The notes under the pieces were generated by a model. That model worked only from the letters and a program-made list of their open reading frames with translations, was not told the DNA's origin and did not search any database. The position numbers and the translations under genes are program-made. DNA of 64,000 nucleotides from an uncultured Actinomycetes bacterium (GTDB taxonomy: Bacteria > Actinomycetota > Thermoleophilia > Gaiellales > JAICJC01), in NCBI GenBank assembly GCA_963708365.1, contig CAVPSM010000011.1, positions 67,606 through 131,605 on the forward strand, given 5' to 3'. The number at the start of each line of letters is the position of its first letter. Positions within the stretch are counted from its first letter, which is position 1. Below are positions 20,987 through 30,872 of the stretch, piece after piece.

Positions 20987-22134
20987 AACGCGTACACCGG
21001 CTCATCGGCCGCCTGGGCGTGGACGTGGATCGCCTGCAGCACCCCGATCGCGAGCAGGTTCGTGATCGTGTGCGAGCCGCCGAAGCTCATGAAGGGCAGC
21101 GGGATACCGGTCACCGGCGCGAGGCCGATCGTCATGCCGATGTTGATGAAGATCTGGAAGAGCAGCATCGAGACCACGCCGGCGGCGACCAGACTGCCGA
21201 ACGTCGAGCGCGACTTGGTGATCACCTTGAGGCCACGCCAGATGAGGAGGGCATACAGGCAGATCAGCCAAGCCGCCCCGACGAATCCGCGCTCCTCCCC
21301 GACCACCGCGAAGACGAAGTCGGTCGGCGCCTCGGGCAGGAAGCCCAGCGAGGTCTGGGTGGCGCCGAGCTGCTGGCCGGGCACGGACGCGTCGTTGTTG
21401 GTGCCGCCGAGGCCGCCGTGCGACACAGCGATCACCGACTGGCGCAGCTGGAACCCGCCCGACTGCACATCGTTCGGGTTGGGGTGCAGGAACGACGTCA
21501 GGCGCGAGATCTGGTACTCCTGGACGACCTGGACGCCCATGCCGGGCAGGATCGAGAAGATGAGCGCGCCGATCACGCACACGGCCAGGATCATCCAGAC
21601 GAAGTGCTGCCACGGGATGCCGTAGACGAACAGCATCCCGAGCATGATCGCGAGGAACACGAGCATCGTCCCGAAGTCGGGCTCCTTGAACACGAGCAGC
21701 GCCGGCAGCCCGACGTAGCCGATCGCGAGCAGCGTCAGGCGGGCGGGGCCGGTGACGCCGCGGCGGGCGGCCAGCACCGCCGCAAGGCCGACGATCAGCA
21801 GCAGCTTCGCGAACTCGGAGGGCTGGAACTGGAACGCGCCCAGGTTGATCCAGCGGCGGCCGCCTCCGACCGACGTCCCGGCGACGAGCACGGCGGCCGT
21901 GCTGAGCAGCACGAACGCGTACAGCGGCCAGCGCACCCGGCGCATCAGCGCGGGCGGGACAGCGGCGATCGCCAGCATGCCGACGGTGCCGGCGGCGACG
22001 TAGAGCAGCTGGTGGCCGTACAGGTTGCCGGCGTAGTTCTTGGTCGCCGACTGCATGATCCACAGGCCGAACGCGGAGATCGACAGCGCCGTCGCGAGCA
22101 TCAGGTAGTCGAGGTGGCGCACGTAGTGGGTCAT
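20983..22134 (-). CDS. rodA: SEDS peptidoglycan glycosyltransferase RodA
   Basis: A polytopic FtsW/RodA family sequence starts at MTHYVRHLDYLMLATALSISAFGLW. Motifs EFAKLLLIVGLA and TGIPLPFMSFGGSH are present. The ATG overlaps the mrdA stop (ATGA at 22131-22134). Confidence 0.85.
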   Translation of the reverse strand: MTHYVRHLDYLMLATALSISAFGLWIMQSATKNYAGNLYGHQLLYVAAGTVGMLAIAAVPPALMRRVRWPLYAFVLLSTAAVLVAGTSVGGGRRWINLGAFQFQPSEFAKLLLIVGLAAVLAARRGVTGPARLTLLAIGYVGLPALLVFKEPDFGTMLVFLAIMLGMLFVYGIPWQHFVWMILAVCVIGALIFSILPGMGVQVVQEYQISRLTSFLHPNPNDVQSGGFQLRQSVIAVSHGGLGGTNNDASVPGQQLGATQTSLGFLPEAPTDFVFAVVGEERGFVGAAWLICLYALLIWRGLKVITKSRSTFGSLVAAGVVSMLLFQIFINIGMTIGLAPVTGIPLPFMSFGGSHTITNLLAIGVLQAIHVHAQAADEPVYAL

Positions 22135-24146
22135 CGCGACTTGTCCGACCCGGCGGTGAACGTGAACTGCTGGTGCGGAGCGAAGAACGCATGGAACATG
22201 CTCGCGGCGACCGGGGCCGCCGAGACGCCGCCGTGGCCGCCGTTGTGGATGAACGCCACGACGACGAGCGACTTGCCGCCCTGCGACGCCCAGCCGGCCC
22301 ACCAGGCATCGGCGCAGTTCGGGCAGGTGGTGGTCGGCACCTCGGCGGTGCCCGTCTTGCCGTAGACGGCGGGCTGGAAGCTCCCGAAGGTGGCAGTCGA
22401 GGTGCCGTCACCGGAGTGGGTCGCGCCGTAGAGGCCCTGCTTGATCTCGGTCACAAGCTCGGTGGGCAGATGCAGGTTGCGCACCGGCTTGGGCGCGATG
22501 CGGCCGCCCGGGACGGTCTGGGTCGTCGAGCCGGGGGCGAGAAGCGCCTCACCGACGTGCGGCGTCACCACCTTGCCGCCGTTCTCGATCGCGCTGTAGG
22601 CGACCGCCTGCTGCAGCGGCGAGACGAGCAGGTTGCCCTGGCCGATCGACATGTTGATGTCGTCACCGGGGAGCCATGTCCGCTCGATCGCCTGCTGGCC
22701 GGGCGTGCCCGGCCAGGTCTGCGTCGCCTTCCACGTCGGATCGGGGACCACGCCGGCCTGCGCGCCACCGGCGTCGAGCGGCGGCGAAGCACCGTAGCCG
22801 AGCTTGCGGATCCAGCCCTGGAACTCATTGCCGGACGTGCCGTAGAAGCGGTCGCCGAGCTGGTAGAAGAACGTGTCGCAGGAGACGGTGAGCGCCTGGG
22901 GCAGGCCCATCGGCCCCATCGACAGTGGCGTCCAGTCGTGGAAGATCGTCTTCTGCTTCGCGATGTCGTGCGTGGAGGTGTACTGCCCGGGGCAGTCGAG
23001 GATCTCGCCCGGCTTCAGAATGCCGGACTCGTAGGCAGCGGTGGCCGTGATCGGCTTGAACGTCGAGCCGGCCGGATAGGTGCCCTGGAACGCCTTGTCG
23101 TAGGCCGGGGTCAGCTTGCTCTTGAACACGGCCCTGGAGCCCTTGTACGGCGGCACGTGCACCATCGGGCTGTAGGTCGGGTCGGAGGCCATCGCGTAGA
23201 TGGCGCCGTTGTCGGGGTTCATCGCGACGACGGCGCCGAAGTCGGCAGGCTCGCCGTTCGCGTTCGCGATCGCGATGCCCTGGCCGACGGCGCTCTGAGC
23301 CTCCTTCTGCAGGTGGGCGTCGATGGTCAGCCGCAGGTTGTCGCCGGCCACGGGCGCCTGGGTCAGGAACGCCTGCCCCACGGGCGCGCCGGCGGGGTCG
23401 ACCGTCTCCTGGATCTGGCCGTCCTGGCCGCGCAGATAGCGGTCGTACGTCTTTTCGATGCCCGCCTGGCCGGCCGTACCGAGCATCGGCAGCTTCTCGT
23501 GGTAGGTGTGGTCCTTGAGGTTCTCGGCCGTGATCTGGCCGACGAACCCGAGCAGGTTGGGATTGGTTGAGCCGAACTCCCGCAGCGACGGGTAGGTGCG
23601 CTGGTACACGTGCTCGAACTGGACTCCACGGAAGAGCCAGCGCCGCTCGAGCACGTAGGCGGTCTGGCGGCGGTCGACGTGGAACACCAGCGTCACCGGG
23701 TAGCCCGGGTTGGCCTTCGCGAGGCGCGAGAACTGGTGCCACATGCGCGAGTAGGGCACGCCGAGCACCCAGGCCAGCCGCTTCAGCACCCCGCAGCCCG
23801 CCTGGTTTCCGATCTTGTGGGTTGCGATCGTCGGGCCGCAGTTCGTGCCGCCCGGAAGCCGGGCGGCGTCGACCTGGACTGCGATGCTGGCCGCGTTCGC
23901 GACCAGCACGTTGCCGTTGCGGTCGAGGATCTCGCCCCGCGGCGCCGGCATCTGGAACGTGCGGATGCTGTTCTGGGCCGCCGCCGCCACGTACTGATCG
24001 GAGTGCAGCACCTGAAGCGCCCACAGCCGGAAGAGCAGGATGCCGAGCAACGCCGCGGCGATGACGCCGAGCGTCGCCGCCCTGATCGCGAGGGGCACCG
24101 GGTCGGGTGCCCGCTCGGGCCTAGACGGCGGCCGCTGCAGATACAT
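22131..24146 (-). CDS. mrdA: penicillin-binding protein 2 (elongasome transpeptidase)
   Basis: 671 aa, intact. N-terminal TM anchor, PBP dimer domain, transpeptidase motifs STFKP, SxN-like region and KTGTAE. Lies between mreD and rodA. Confidence 0.9.
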   Translation of the reverse strand: MYLQRPPSRPERAPDPVPLAIRAATLGVIAAALLGILLFRLWALQVLHSDQYVAAAAQNSIRTFQMPAPRGEILDRNGNVLVANAASIAVQVDAARLPGGTNCGPTIATHKIGNQAGCGVLKRLAWVLGVPYSRMWHQFSRLAKANPGYPVTLVFHVDRRQTAYVLERRWLFRGVQFEHVYQRTYPSLREFGSTNPNLLGFVGQITAENLKDHTYHEKLPMLGTAGQAGIEKTYDRYLRGQDGQIQETVDPAGAPVGQAFLTQAPVAGDNLRLTIDAHLQKEAQSAVGQGIAIANANGEPADFGAVVAMNPDNGAIYAMASDPTYSPMVHVPPYKGSRAVFKSKLTPAYDKAFQGTYPAGSTFKPITATAAYESGILKPGEILDCPGQYTSTHDIAKQKTIFHDWTPLSMGPMGLPQALTVSCDTFFYQLGDRFYGTSGNEFQGWIRKLGYGASPPLDAGGAQAGVVPDPTWKATQTWPGTPGQQAIERTWLPGDDINMSIGQGNLLVSPLQQAVAYSAIENGGKVVTPHVGEALLAPGSTTQTVPGGRIAPKPVRNLHLPTELVTEIKQGLYGATHSGDGTSTATFGSFQPAVYGKTGTAEVPTTTCPNCADAWWAGWASQGGKSLVVVAFIHNGGHGGVSAAPVAASMFHAFFAPHQQFTFTAGSDKSR

Positions 24147-24657
24147 CCGGTCGCATCCGGCTCGGTCGGAAGAGCCGCCGCAGGAGCGGCAGCAGGATCA
24201 GGGCGAGCAGGGTCGTCTGCAGCAGCGACGGCACGATCTGGTGCCAGACGAGGTAGCCCAGGTCGTAGCTGGCCCCGAGCAGCACCTGCACGGCGACGAG
24301 GCAGGCCTGCACGAGCAGCGCGCCGGCGATCACCCACGGCAGTGGCCGCGGCGGCGCCGGCTCGAGCATCCCGGCGCCCGCCTCACCGCGGCCGGAGAAC
24401 GTCGCCACCATCCAGGCGCACGCGAGATAGGCCAGCGAGGTCATGCCCAGATGCCGGTAGAGAACCGCGTCGAGCAGGAGCCCGCCGGCGAACCCGGCCA
24501 CCGCTGCCACCTCGAGCCCGCGCCACAGGGCGAGCGCCACCACGAGGATCGCGATCAGGTCAGGCCCGCCGCCGAAGGGATAGAGCTGCGGCGTCACGGA
24601 CACCTGCAGCACCATCAGGAAAAACACGCAGACGAGCGCCTTCGGGTAGTCGAGCAC
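24121..24657 (-). CDS. mreD: rod shape-determining protein MreD
   Basis: 178 aa, 5 TM, directly after mreC (1-nt gap), typical size and position. Confidence 0.75.
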   Translation of the reverse strand: MLDYPKALVCVFFLMVLQVSVTPQLYPFGGGPDLIAILVVALALWRGLEVAAVAGFAGGLLLDAVLYRHLGMTSLAYLACAWMVATFSGRGEAGAGMLEPAPPRPLPWVIAGALLVQACLVAVQVLLGASYDLGYLVWHQIVPSLLQTTLLALILLPLLRRLFRPSRMRPDVSAAAAV

Positions 24658-24658
24658 C

Positions 24659-25522
24659 CTACTGATGCTCCAGCACGACGACCCCGGAGAGGTTGTCGAA
24701 GTTCACGAACGGCGTCACCTGGATCTGCTTGCTCTGCTGGCCGAGATCGTCGTTCTGGACGTATGTCACAAGCCCGATCGGGATGCCGTCCGGGTAGAGC
24801 GACTTCAGCCGCCCGGTGTAGCCCGTCGTGACGACCGTGTCGCCGTTCTTCACCAGCGCCGACTGCGGCACCTCTGCCATCGTCAGCTCGCCCGGAGTCC
24901 CCGTGCTGGGAACGATGGTGCCGTTCGCCCCGTGCCGGCCCTGCACCGCGGCGGTCACGCCGATGGCCGGGTCGAGCAGCACCTGGACGGTCGCTGTATT
25001 TCCGGTGACATCGGCCACCCGGCCGACCAGCGCGCCGCCGCTCGAGACCGGCGCGATGACCGGGTCGTTCACCTGGACGCCGCTGCTGCTGCCGATCCCC
25101 AGCGTGACGGATGACGTGTCGGAGTCCGGCGATTGCCAGATCACCGACCCCGAGACGGTCTTGAAGTGCGGGTTCTGCTGCACCCAGTGGGCCAGCCCCC
25201 TGTACGTGGCGTTGTCGGACTGCAGCTGCCTGATCATCGAGGCGTCCCGCCCCACCTGAGCCTCGAGCAGCTTGAGCTTCGCCGTCTGGTCGCGGGCGTG
25301 GATCAGGCTGGTCGTCCAGTGCCAGGCGTCCACGAACGGGCTCGTCACCCGGTGGGCGATGCTGGCGAACGGCGCCGTCACCTCGACAGCCCCGTTCTGC
25401 ACGGAGCCAACGACGCCGGTCGACCCCTCCCGGTAGGACATCGTCAGGAGCATGAGCGAAGCGGCGACCAGCAGGCCGACGACGGCCCGCCTGCGTATGA
25501 CACGGTTCTTGCTGAGCAGCAT
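24659..25522 (-). CDS. mreC: rod shape-determining protein MreC
   Basis: 287 aa. N-terminal anchor, coiled-coil region (LKLLEAQVGRDASMIRQLQSDN) and beta-barrel C-domain with GIPIGLVTYV. Confidence 0.85.
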   Translation of the reverse strand: MLLSKNRVIRRRAVVGLLVAASLMLLTMSYREGSTGVVGSVQNGAVEVTAPFASIAHRVTSPFVDAWHWTTSLIHARDQTAKLKLLEAQVGRDASMIRQLQSDNATYRGLAHWVQQNPHFKTVSGSVIWQSPDSDTSSVTLGIGSSSGVQVNDPVIAPVSSGGALVGRVADVTGNTATVQVLLDPAIGVTAAVQGRHGANGTIVPSTGTPGELTMAEVPQSALVKNGDTVVTTGYTGRLKSLYPDGIPIGLVTYVQNDDLGQQSKQIQVTPFVNFDNLSGVVVLEHQ

Positions 25523-25592
25523 CCTTCAGGGCGGGTCGGTCGGGCGATTCTACCTGACGGGTTCGGAACGGCCCGCATACGCCCACAATGAA

Positions 25593-25630
25593 CCGGTGCC
25601 TGGCACGGTACGGCCCCTGCCAGGCACCGG
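25593..25630. repeat. palindromic element CCGGTGCCTGGCA-N12-TGCCAGGCACCGG (copy 1)
   Basis: Perfect 13-bp inverted repeat in the divergent intergenic region between mreC and the 81-aa ORF. It shares the GGTGCCTGGCAC / GCCAGGCACCGGTC arms with 34802-34832. Confidence 0.7.
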
Positions 25631-25684
25631 TCTTCGCCACCGACGTCCCAACGTGGGACCAATCTCGGATCGGATACTCGGGCC

Positions 25685-25930
25685 ATGAACCGCCAACGCG
25701 CACTCGTCATCCTCGGCGTCGTCGCCGGGATCGCCTTCATCGCGATCGCCATCATGTACTGGACCGTCCCGCCCAAGTCGCTGCCGCTGCCGAACTTCCT
25801 CGGGCACGAGAGCGGCGTCTCGGCCGTGCACGTGAAGCACGGCGTCGCTGCGTTCCTGGTCGGGCTCGCCTGCTTCGCCTTCGCCTGGTTCCAGAGCGGC
25901 CCAAGGCACAAGACCGCCAGCACCAGCTGA
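25685..25930 (+). CDS. small two-TM membrane protein, unknown function
   Basis: 81 aa with very strong G/C third-position bias and two hydrophobic helices (ALVILGVVAGIAFIAIAIMYW; AAFLVGLACFAFAWF). Confidence 0.6.
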   Translation: MNRQRALVILGVVAGIAFIAIAIMYWTVPPKSLPLPNFLGHESGVSAVHVKHGVAAFLVGLACFAFAWFQSGPRHKTASTS

Positions 25931-26815
25931 TCAGCTGACGGCGAACCAGATCGAGAGGACGATCCCCTCCACGAAGCAGAAGACGGCGAACGGCGTCAGC
26001 CGGTTCGTCTCGAAGTAGCGCATCAGGAAGCGGATCGAGACGTAGGCCGTCGCGGCCGAGCACAGCGACGCCACGACCGCCGGCCCGCGCACGCCGTTGC
26101 CGTCCGAGCCGAGCAGCACCGGGATCTTCAGGATTGCGGCCGCGCCGATGATCGGCGTCGCCAGCAGGAAGGCGAAGCGAGCCGCGTCCTCGTTCGAGAA
26201 GCCGACCAGGAGCCCGCCGCCCATCGACGCGCCCGAGCGCGAGAAGCCCGGGATGAGCGCGATCGCCTGCGACGCACCGACGCCGACCGCGTGCCGCCAG
26301 CCGGCCCGGTGGGCGATGCGGTGGTCACCGTCGTCCTCGCCCTCCGGCACACCAGGCGCCCGCCGCCGCAGCGCCTCGGCGCCGAACAGCATGAGCCCGT
26401 TCAGGATCAGGAAGAACGCCGCGGAGCGGGCCGACGCGAACACGGACTGGAGCTTGTCCTGCAGCAGCAGGCCGAGGATGCCCGCCGGGATCGTGCCGAC
26501 CACGATCAGCCAGCCGAGCTTGCCGTCGGGGTTGGCGGTTGAGATCTCCCGCTCCTGCAGCGAGCGCCACATCCCGGTGAGGATGCGCGTCCAGTCCTTC
26601 CAGAAGAACCCGAGCAGGACGATCGCCGTCGCCAGGTGGGTCGCCACCAGGAACGCGATGAAGTAGTTGTCGTTCTGGTGGATGTCCCAGCCGAACACGC
26701 GCGGCGCGACGACGCTCTGGCCGAGGCTCGAGATCGGGAACAGCTCGGCGACGCCCTGGAGCAGGCCGAGAATGATCGCCTGCCCATAGGTGATCGGCGC
26801 GGTGAGGATCACCAC
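25931..26815 (-). CDS. uppP: undecaprenyl-diphosphate phosphatase
   Basis: 294 aa BacA/UppP family. LLQGVAELFPISSLGQS (E..PISS motif) and LIPGFSRSGASMGGGLL (PG.SRSG motif). Confidence 0.9.
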   Translation of the reverse strand: MVILTAPITYGQAIILGLLQGVAELFPISSLGQSVVAPRVFGWDIHQNDNYFIAFLVATHLATAIVLLGFFWKDWTRILTGMWRSLQEREISTANPDGKLGWLIVVGTIPAGILGLLLQDKLQSVFASARSAAFFLILNGLMLFGAEALRRRAPGVPEGEDDGDHRIAHRAGWRHAVGVGASQAIALIPGFSRSGASMGGGLLVGFSNEDAARFAFLLATPIIGAAAILKIPVLLGSDGNGVRGPAVVASLCSAATAYVSIRFLMRYFETNRLTPFAVFCFVEGIVLSIWFAVS

Positions 26816-27015
26816 GGCGACGCAGCCCTGCCCTGCGACAAAGAATTCAAGCTAGTGGGCCGCCAGGCAACGTTTGGAGGGTCCCGGGGGCTGCAACCCG
26901 TCGCATCGCGGTGTCCTCGGTCGCGGCGATACGACAAGGTATCGCCCCTCCCTGCGTCCTTGCGCTGCTCGGGTTTCGCTCGCCGTCGACAGCACCAACG
27001 TCACCTGGCGGTCCA

Positions 27016-28041
<1,026 letters not shown>

Positions 28042-28135
28042 GTCGCGGCCGCCGAGGCCTGTGAGAGAGTTGAGGAAGCTGATGGTGTCGGCGCGGGGAT
28101 TGGCTGCAATTCGCCCGAAAAACGGCTAAACGAGT

Positions 28136-28711
28136 TTAGCGTATCCCCACCGCGTGCATCGCATCGATCAGCGCCGGGACGGGCAGGCCGACCACGTTCT
28201 GGTAGTCGCCGTCGATCGAGCGCACCAGCGCGGCGCCCAGACCCTGCACCGCATAGCCGCCGGCTCGCTCGCGCCACTCGCCGGATGCCAGGTACCAGTC
28301 GACGTCCGCGTCGTCGAGCGGTGCGAAGGTCACCTCGGTGACCGCGTGGCGGACGTGCTCCGTGCCGCCGGCGCGCAGACACAGGCCAGAGTGGACGGCA
28401 TGGGTGCGCCCGGCGAGCAGGCGGAGGTACTCGCGCGCCTCGCGCTCACCGGGCGGCTTGCCGAGGACACGGCCGTCGATGACGACGATCGTGTCGACCC
28501 CCAGCACCCGGTCGCCCTCGACCGACGCGGCCTTCCCCCGGGCGTGGGTCACGGCGATCTCGTCGGGTGTGCCGGGGAGCTCGGGCTCGTCGTATCCCGG
28601 CGTGACGACGTCGAACTCGATGCCGAGCATCTGCAGGATCGCGCGCCGCTGGGGCGAGCGCGACGCCAGCCGCAGCGGCTGGAAGCGCGCTAGGTGGCTG
28701 ATCTCACCCAC
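28136..28711 (-). CDS. maf: Maf-like nucleoside triphosphate pyrophosphatase (septum formation protein)
   Basis: LASRSPQRRAILQMLGIEFDVV, GVDTIVVIDGRVLGKP and AGGYAVQGLGAALVRSIDGDYQNVVGLP are Maf signatures. GTG start chosen at 28711. Confidence 0.8.
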   Translation of the reverse strand: MGEISHLARFQPLRLASRSPQRRAILQMLGIEFDVVTPGYDEPELPGTPDEIAVTHARGKAASVEGDRVLGVDTIVVIDGRVLGKPPGEREAREYLRLLAGRTHAVHSGLCLRAGGTEHVRHAVTEVTFAPLDDADVDWYLASGEWRERAGGYAVQGLGAALVRSIDGDYQNVVGLPVPALIDAMHAVGIR

Positions 28712-28718
28712 TGTGGCG

Positions 28719-29144
28719 TCATCCGACGAGCTCGGCGTCCGCGAAGAAGATCGCGAGCTCGCGTGCCGCGGAGCCCGGCGCGTCGGAGCCGTGGACGACG
28801 TTGCGGCCGAGGTCGAGCGCGAAGTCGCCCCGGATCGTGCCCGGCGCCGAGTCGAGCGGGTTGGTTGCACCCATCATCGAACGCACGGTCGCCACCGCTC
28901 CGAGCCCCTCGATCGCCATCGCGACGACCGGGCCGGAGGTGATGAACTCGACCAGCTCGGCGTAGAACGGCTTGCCGACGTGCTCGACGTAGTGCTCGGC
29001 GGCCTGGTGCTCGGTGACGCGCACGAGCTTCATCCCGCAGATGCGGAACCCGCGCTGCTCGAAGCGGGCGATGATCTGGCCGACCAGCCCCCGCTCGACG
29101 GCATCCGGCTTGATCAGGAACAGGGTGCGCTCGACGTCTGCCAC
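28719..29144 (-). CDS. ndk: nucleoside-diphosphate kinase
   Basis: [31 protein letters not shown] ... [20 protein letters not shown] (active-site His in NVVHGSD). GTG start at 29144. Confidence 0.9.
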   Translation of the reverse strand: MADVERTLFLIKPDAVERGLVGQIIARFEQRGFRICGMKLVRVTEHQAAEHYVEHVGKPFYAELVEFITSGPVVAMAIEGLGAVATVRSMMGATNPLDSAPGTIRGDFALDLGRNVVHGSDAPGSAARELAIFFADAELVG

Positions 29145-29166
29145 GGTGTGCTCCCGGGGAGTGGGG

Positions 29167-29718
29167 TCAGGCCTCGGTGGTGGTCCGCTGGCTCGTCCCG
29201 CGCCGCGGCGGCCGCTCGGGCTGCGGCAGCGTCGTCGCCACTGTCTCGCAGTACGGGCAGAGGCGCCATGTCGGGTCGAGAGGGGCCTTGCAGCGGCGGC
29301 AGGCCTGCTTAAGCTTCGTGCCGCAGTGCGGGCACGACAGGAAGCTGGACTCGGCCGGGTTACGGCAGTACGGGCAGGCGGAGTCGGCGCCGAGGCGGCG
29401 CTCCATCGCCCTGATCTCCAGCTCGCGCTCGTGCACATCCGCCAGGTACTCCGGCGGTCGCAGGATCAGGTAGATCAGCACGCCGACGAACGGGAAGCAG
29501 ACGGCGGTCGCGACGCAGACGCCGACGATCACCGGGTCGTCGATCCGCCGCCGCGCGTCCTTCCACGTCCAGAACACGAGCGCCGCGTACAGGGCGACCG
29601 CGAACAGGATCATCAGCTTCTCGAACGCCGAGAAGTAGCTCGAGTCGAAGAAGTTGGTGACACCCGAGAACGCGCCCGAGCTGTCGGTGGTGGAGGGGGA
29701 TGTGACGGCGAAAAGCAC
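29167..29718 (-). CDS. membrane protein with PLD-N-like TM domain and double zinc-ribbon
   Basis: 183 aa. TM pair with WTWKDARRR, then [22 protein letters not shown] and [19 protein letters not shown] (two CxxC...CxxC ribbons). Confidence 0.6.
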   Translation of the reverse strand: MLFAVTSPSTTDSSGAFSGVTNFFDSSYFSAFEKLMILFAVALYAALVFWTWKDARRRIDDPVIVGVCVATAVCFPFVGVLIYLILRPPEYLADVHERELEIRAMERRLGADSACPYCRNPAESSFLSCPHCGTKLKQACRRCKAPLDPTWRLCPYCETVATTLPQPERPPRRGTSQRTTTEA

Positions 29719-29729
29719 GGAAAGGTGGC

Positions 29730-30872
29730 TCAGTGTACGGTCGCCGCGGGACTCGCAACGCCGGAAAGCCGTGTCGTCAGGTCATGTAGAAGATACAGGG
29801 AACCGCAAATGACGACCGCTCCCGACCGCCCGGCGAGGGCGATGGCGCGCTCTCGGGCCGCGACCGGATCAGGCTCGGCGGGGCCACCTGTGAGGGATCC
29901 CAGTGTATCCGCTGCAAGAGCGCGTGAATTGGTCGATTGTGTAGCGACGATCGTGGGGCACACCTGGCGCAGCAGGTCGACCATCGACCCGACGTCCTTC
30001 TCCCCCAGGGTCGAGAACACCGCGACGCAGGGGCGGTCGCCGACGAGGCCGGGGAGTTCGGTCACGAGCCTGCGCATCCCCGCCGGGTTGTGGGCGCCGT
30101 CCCAGATCTCCAGGGGATCGTGGCCGCGCACCTCCATCCGCCCGGGCACGCGCACCGCCCGCATCGGCACCGGGTCGACGTCGCGCCGAAGCGCGAGCTC
30201 AACCGCGGCGTGCGCCACCGCCCGGTTCTGATCCTGGTATGTGCCGGCGACCGTCACCTCCCTGACAGTACGCGCCTGGGGCACGAACCCCTCCCAACCG
30301 GGTTCCCCGATGACAACGTCGCCGCCGGCGGGAACGACCGCGGTCTTCTCCACCGCGATCGCCTCGCGGGTGTCGCCGAGCAGCTCCGTGTGCTCGAGCG
30401 AGACGTTCGTCAGCACCTGCACGCGCGAGCGCGCGAGCACGTTCGTGGCGTCCAGACGGCCGCCCAGGCCGGCCTCGACGACGGCCCACTCCACCCCGGC
30501 CGCGGCGAAGGCGGCAAAGGCGGCAGCGGTGAGCGCCTCGAACTGGGTCACGACGGTCCCGACCGCCTCGCGCACGCGCAGCACCGCCGTCTCGTAGGCG
30601 GCGGCGTCGATCTCGCGCCCGCCGATCCGGATGCGCTCCTTGAACGAGGTCAGGTGCGGTGAGAGATACGCCCCGGTGCGCACGCCCTCGGCGAGCAGGA
30701 GCGCCTCGGCGAAGAGCGTCGTCGAGCCCTTGCCGTTCGTGCCGACGACGTGGATCGCGTCGAACTCCCGCTCCGGATGGCCGAGCCGTTCGAGCAGGTC
30801 GTGCATCCGCTCGAGCCCGAACTGCATGCCGAACAGCTGCAGCGAGTCGATGTAGGCATCGGCCGGCGTCAA
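29730..30872 (-). CDS. folC: bifunctional folylpolyglutamate synthase / dihydrofolate synthase
   Basis: Mur ligase family motifs HVVGTNGKGST and AVVEAGLGGRLDATN. The TTG start overlaps the valS stop (TTGA at 30869-30872). The longer 554-aa ORF upstream is out-of-frame read-through over valS. Confidence 0.85.
   Translation of the reverse strand: MTPADAYIDSLQLFGMQFGLERMHDLLERLGHPEREFDAIHVVGTNGKGSTTLFAEALLLAEGVRTGAYLSPHLTSFKERIRIGGREIDAAAYETAVLRVREAVGTVVTQFEALTAAAFAAFAAAGVEWAVVEAGLGGRLDATNVLARSRVQVLTNVSLEHTELLGDTREAIAVEKTAVVPAGGDVVIGEPGWEGFVPQARTVREVTVAGTYQDQNRAVAHAAVELALRRDVDPVPMRAVRVPGRMEVRGHDPLEIWDGAHNPAGMRRLVTELPGLVGDRPCVAVFSTLGEKDVGSMVDLLRQVCPTIVATQSTNSRALAADTLGSLTGGPAEPDPVAARERAIALAGRSGAVVICGSLYLLHDLTTRLSGVASPAATVH

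Noticed and set aside
28042-28135. GCTAAAC-TC-GTTTAGC palindrome followed by TTTTT between maf and mreB, considered as an intrinsic terminator
   Set aside because: A 2-nt loop makes a stable hairpin unlikely. The AT-richer segment is more simply the mreB promoter region. Not annotated.
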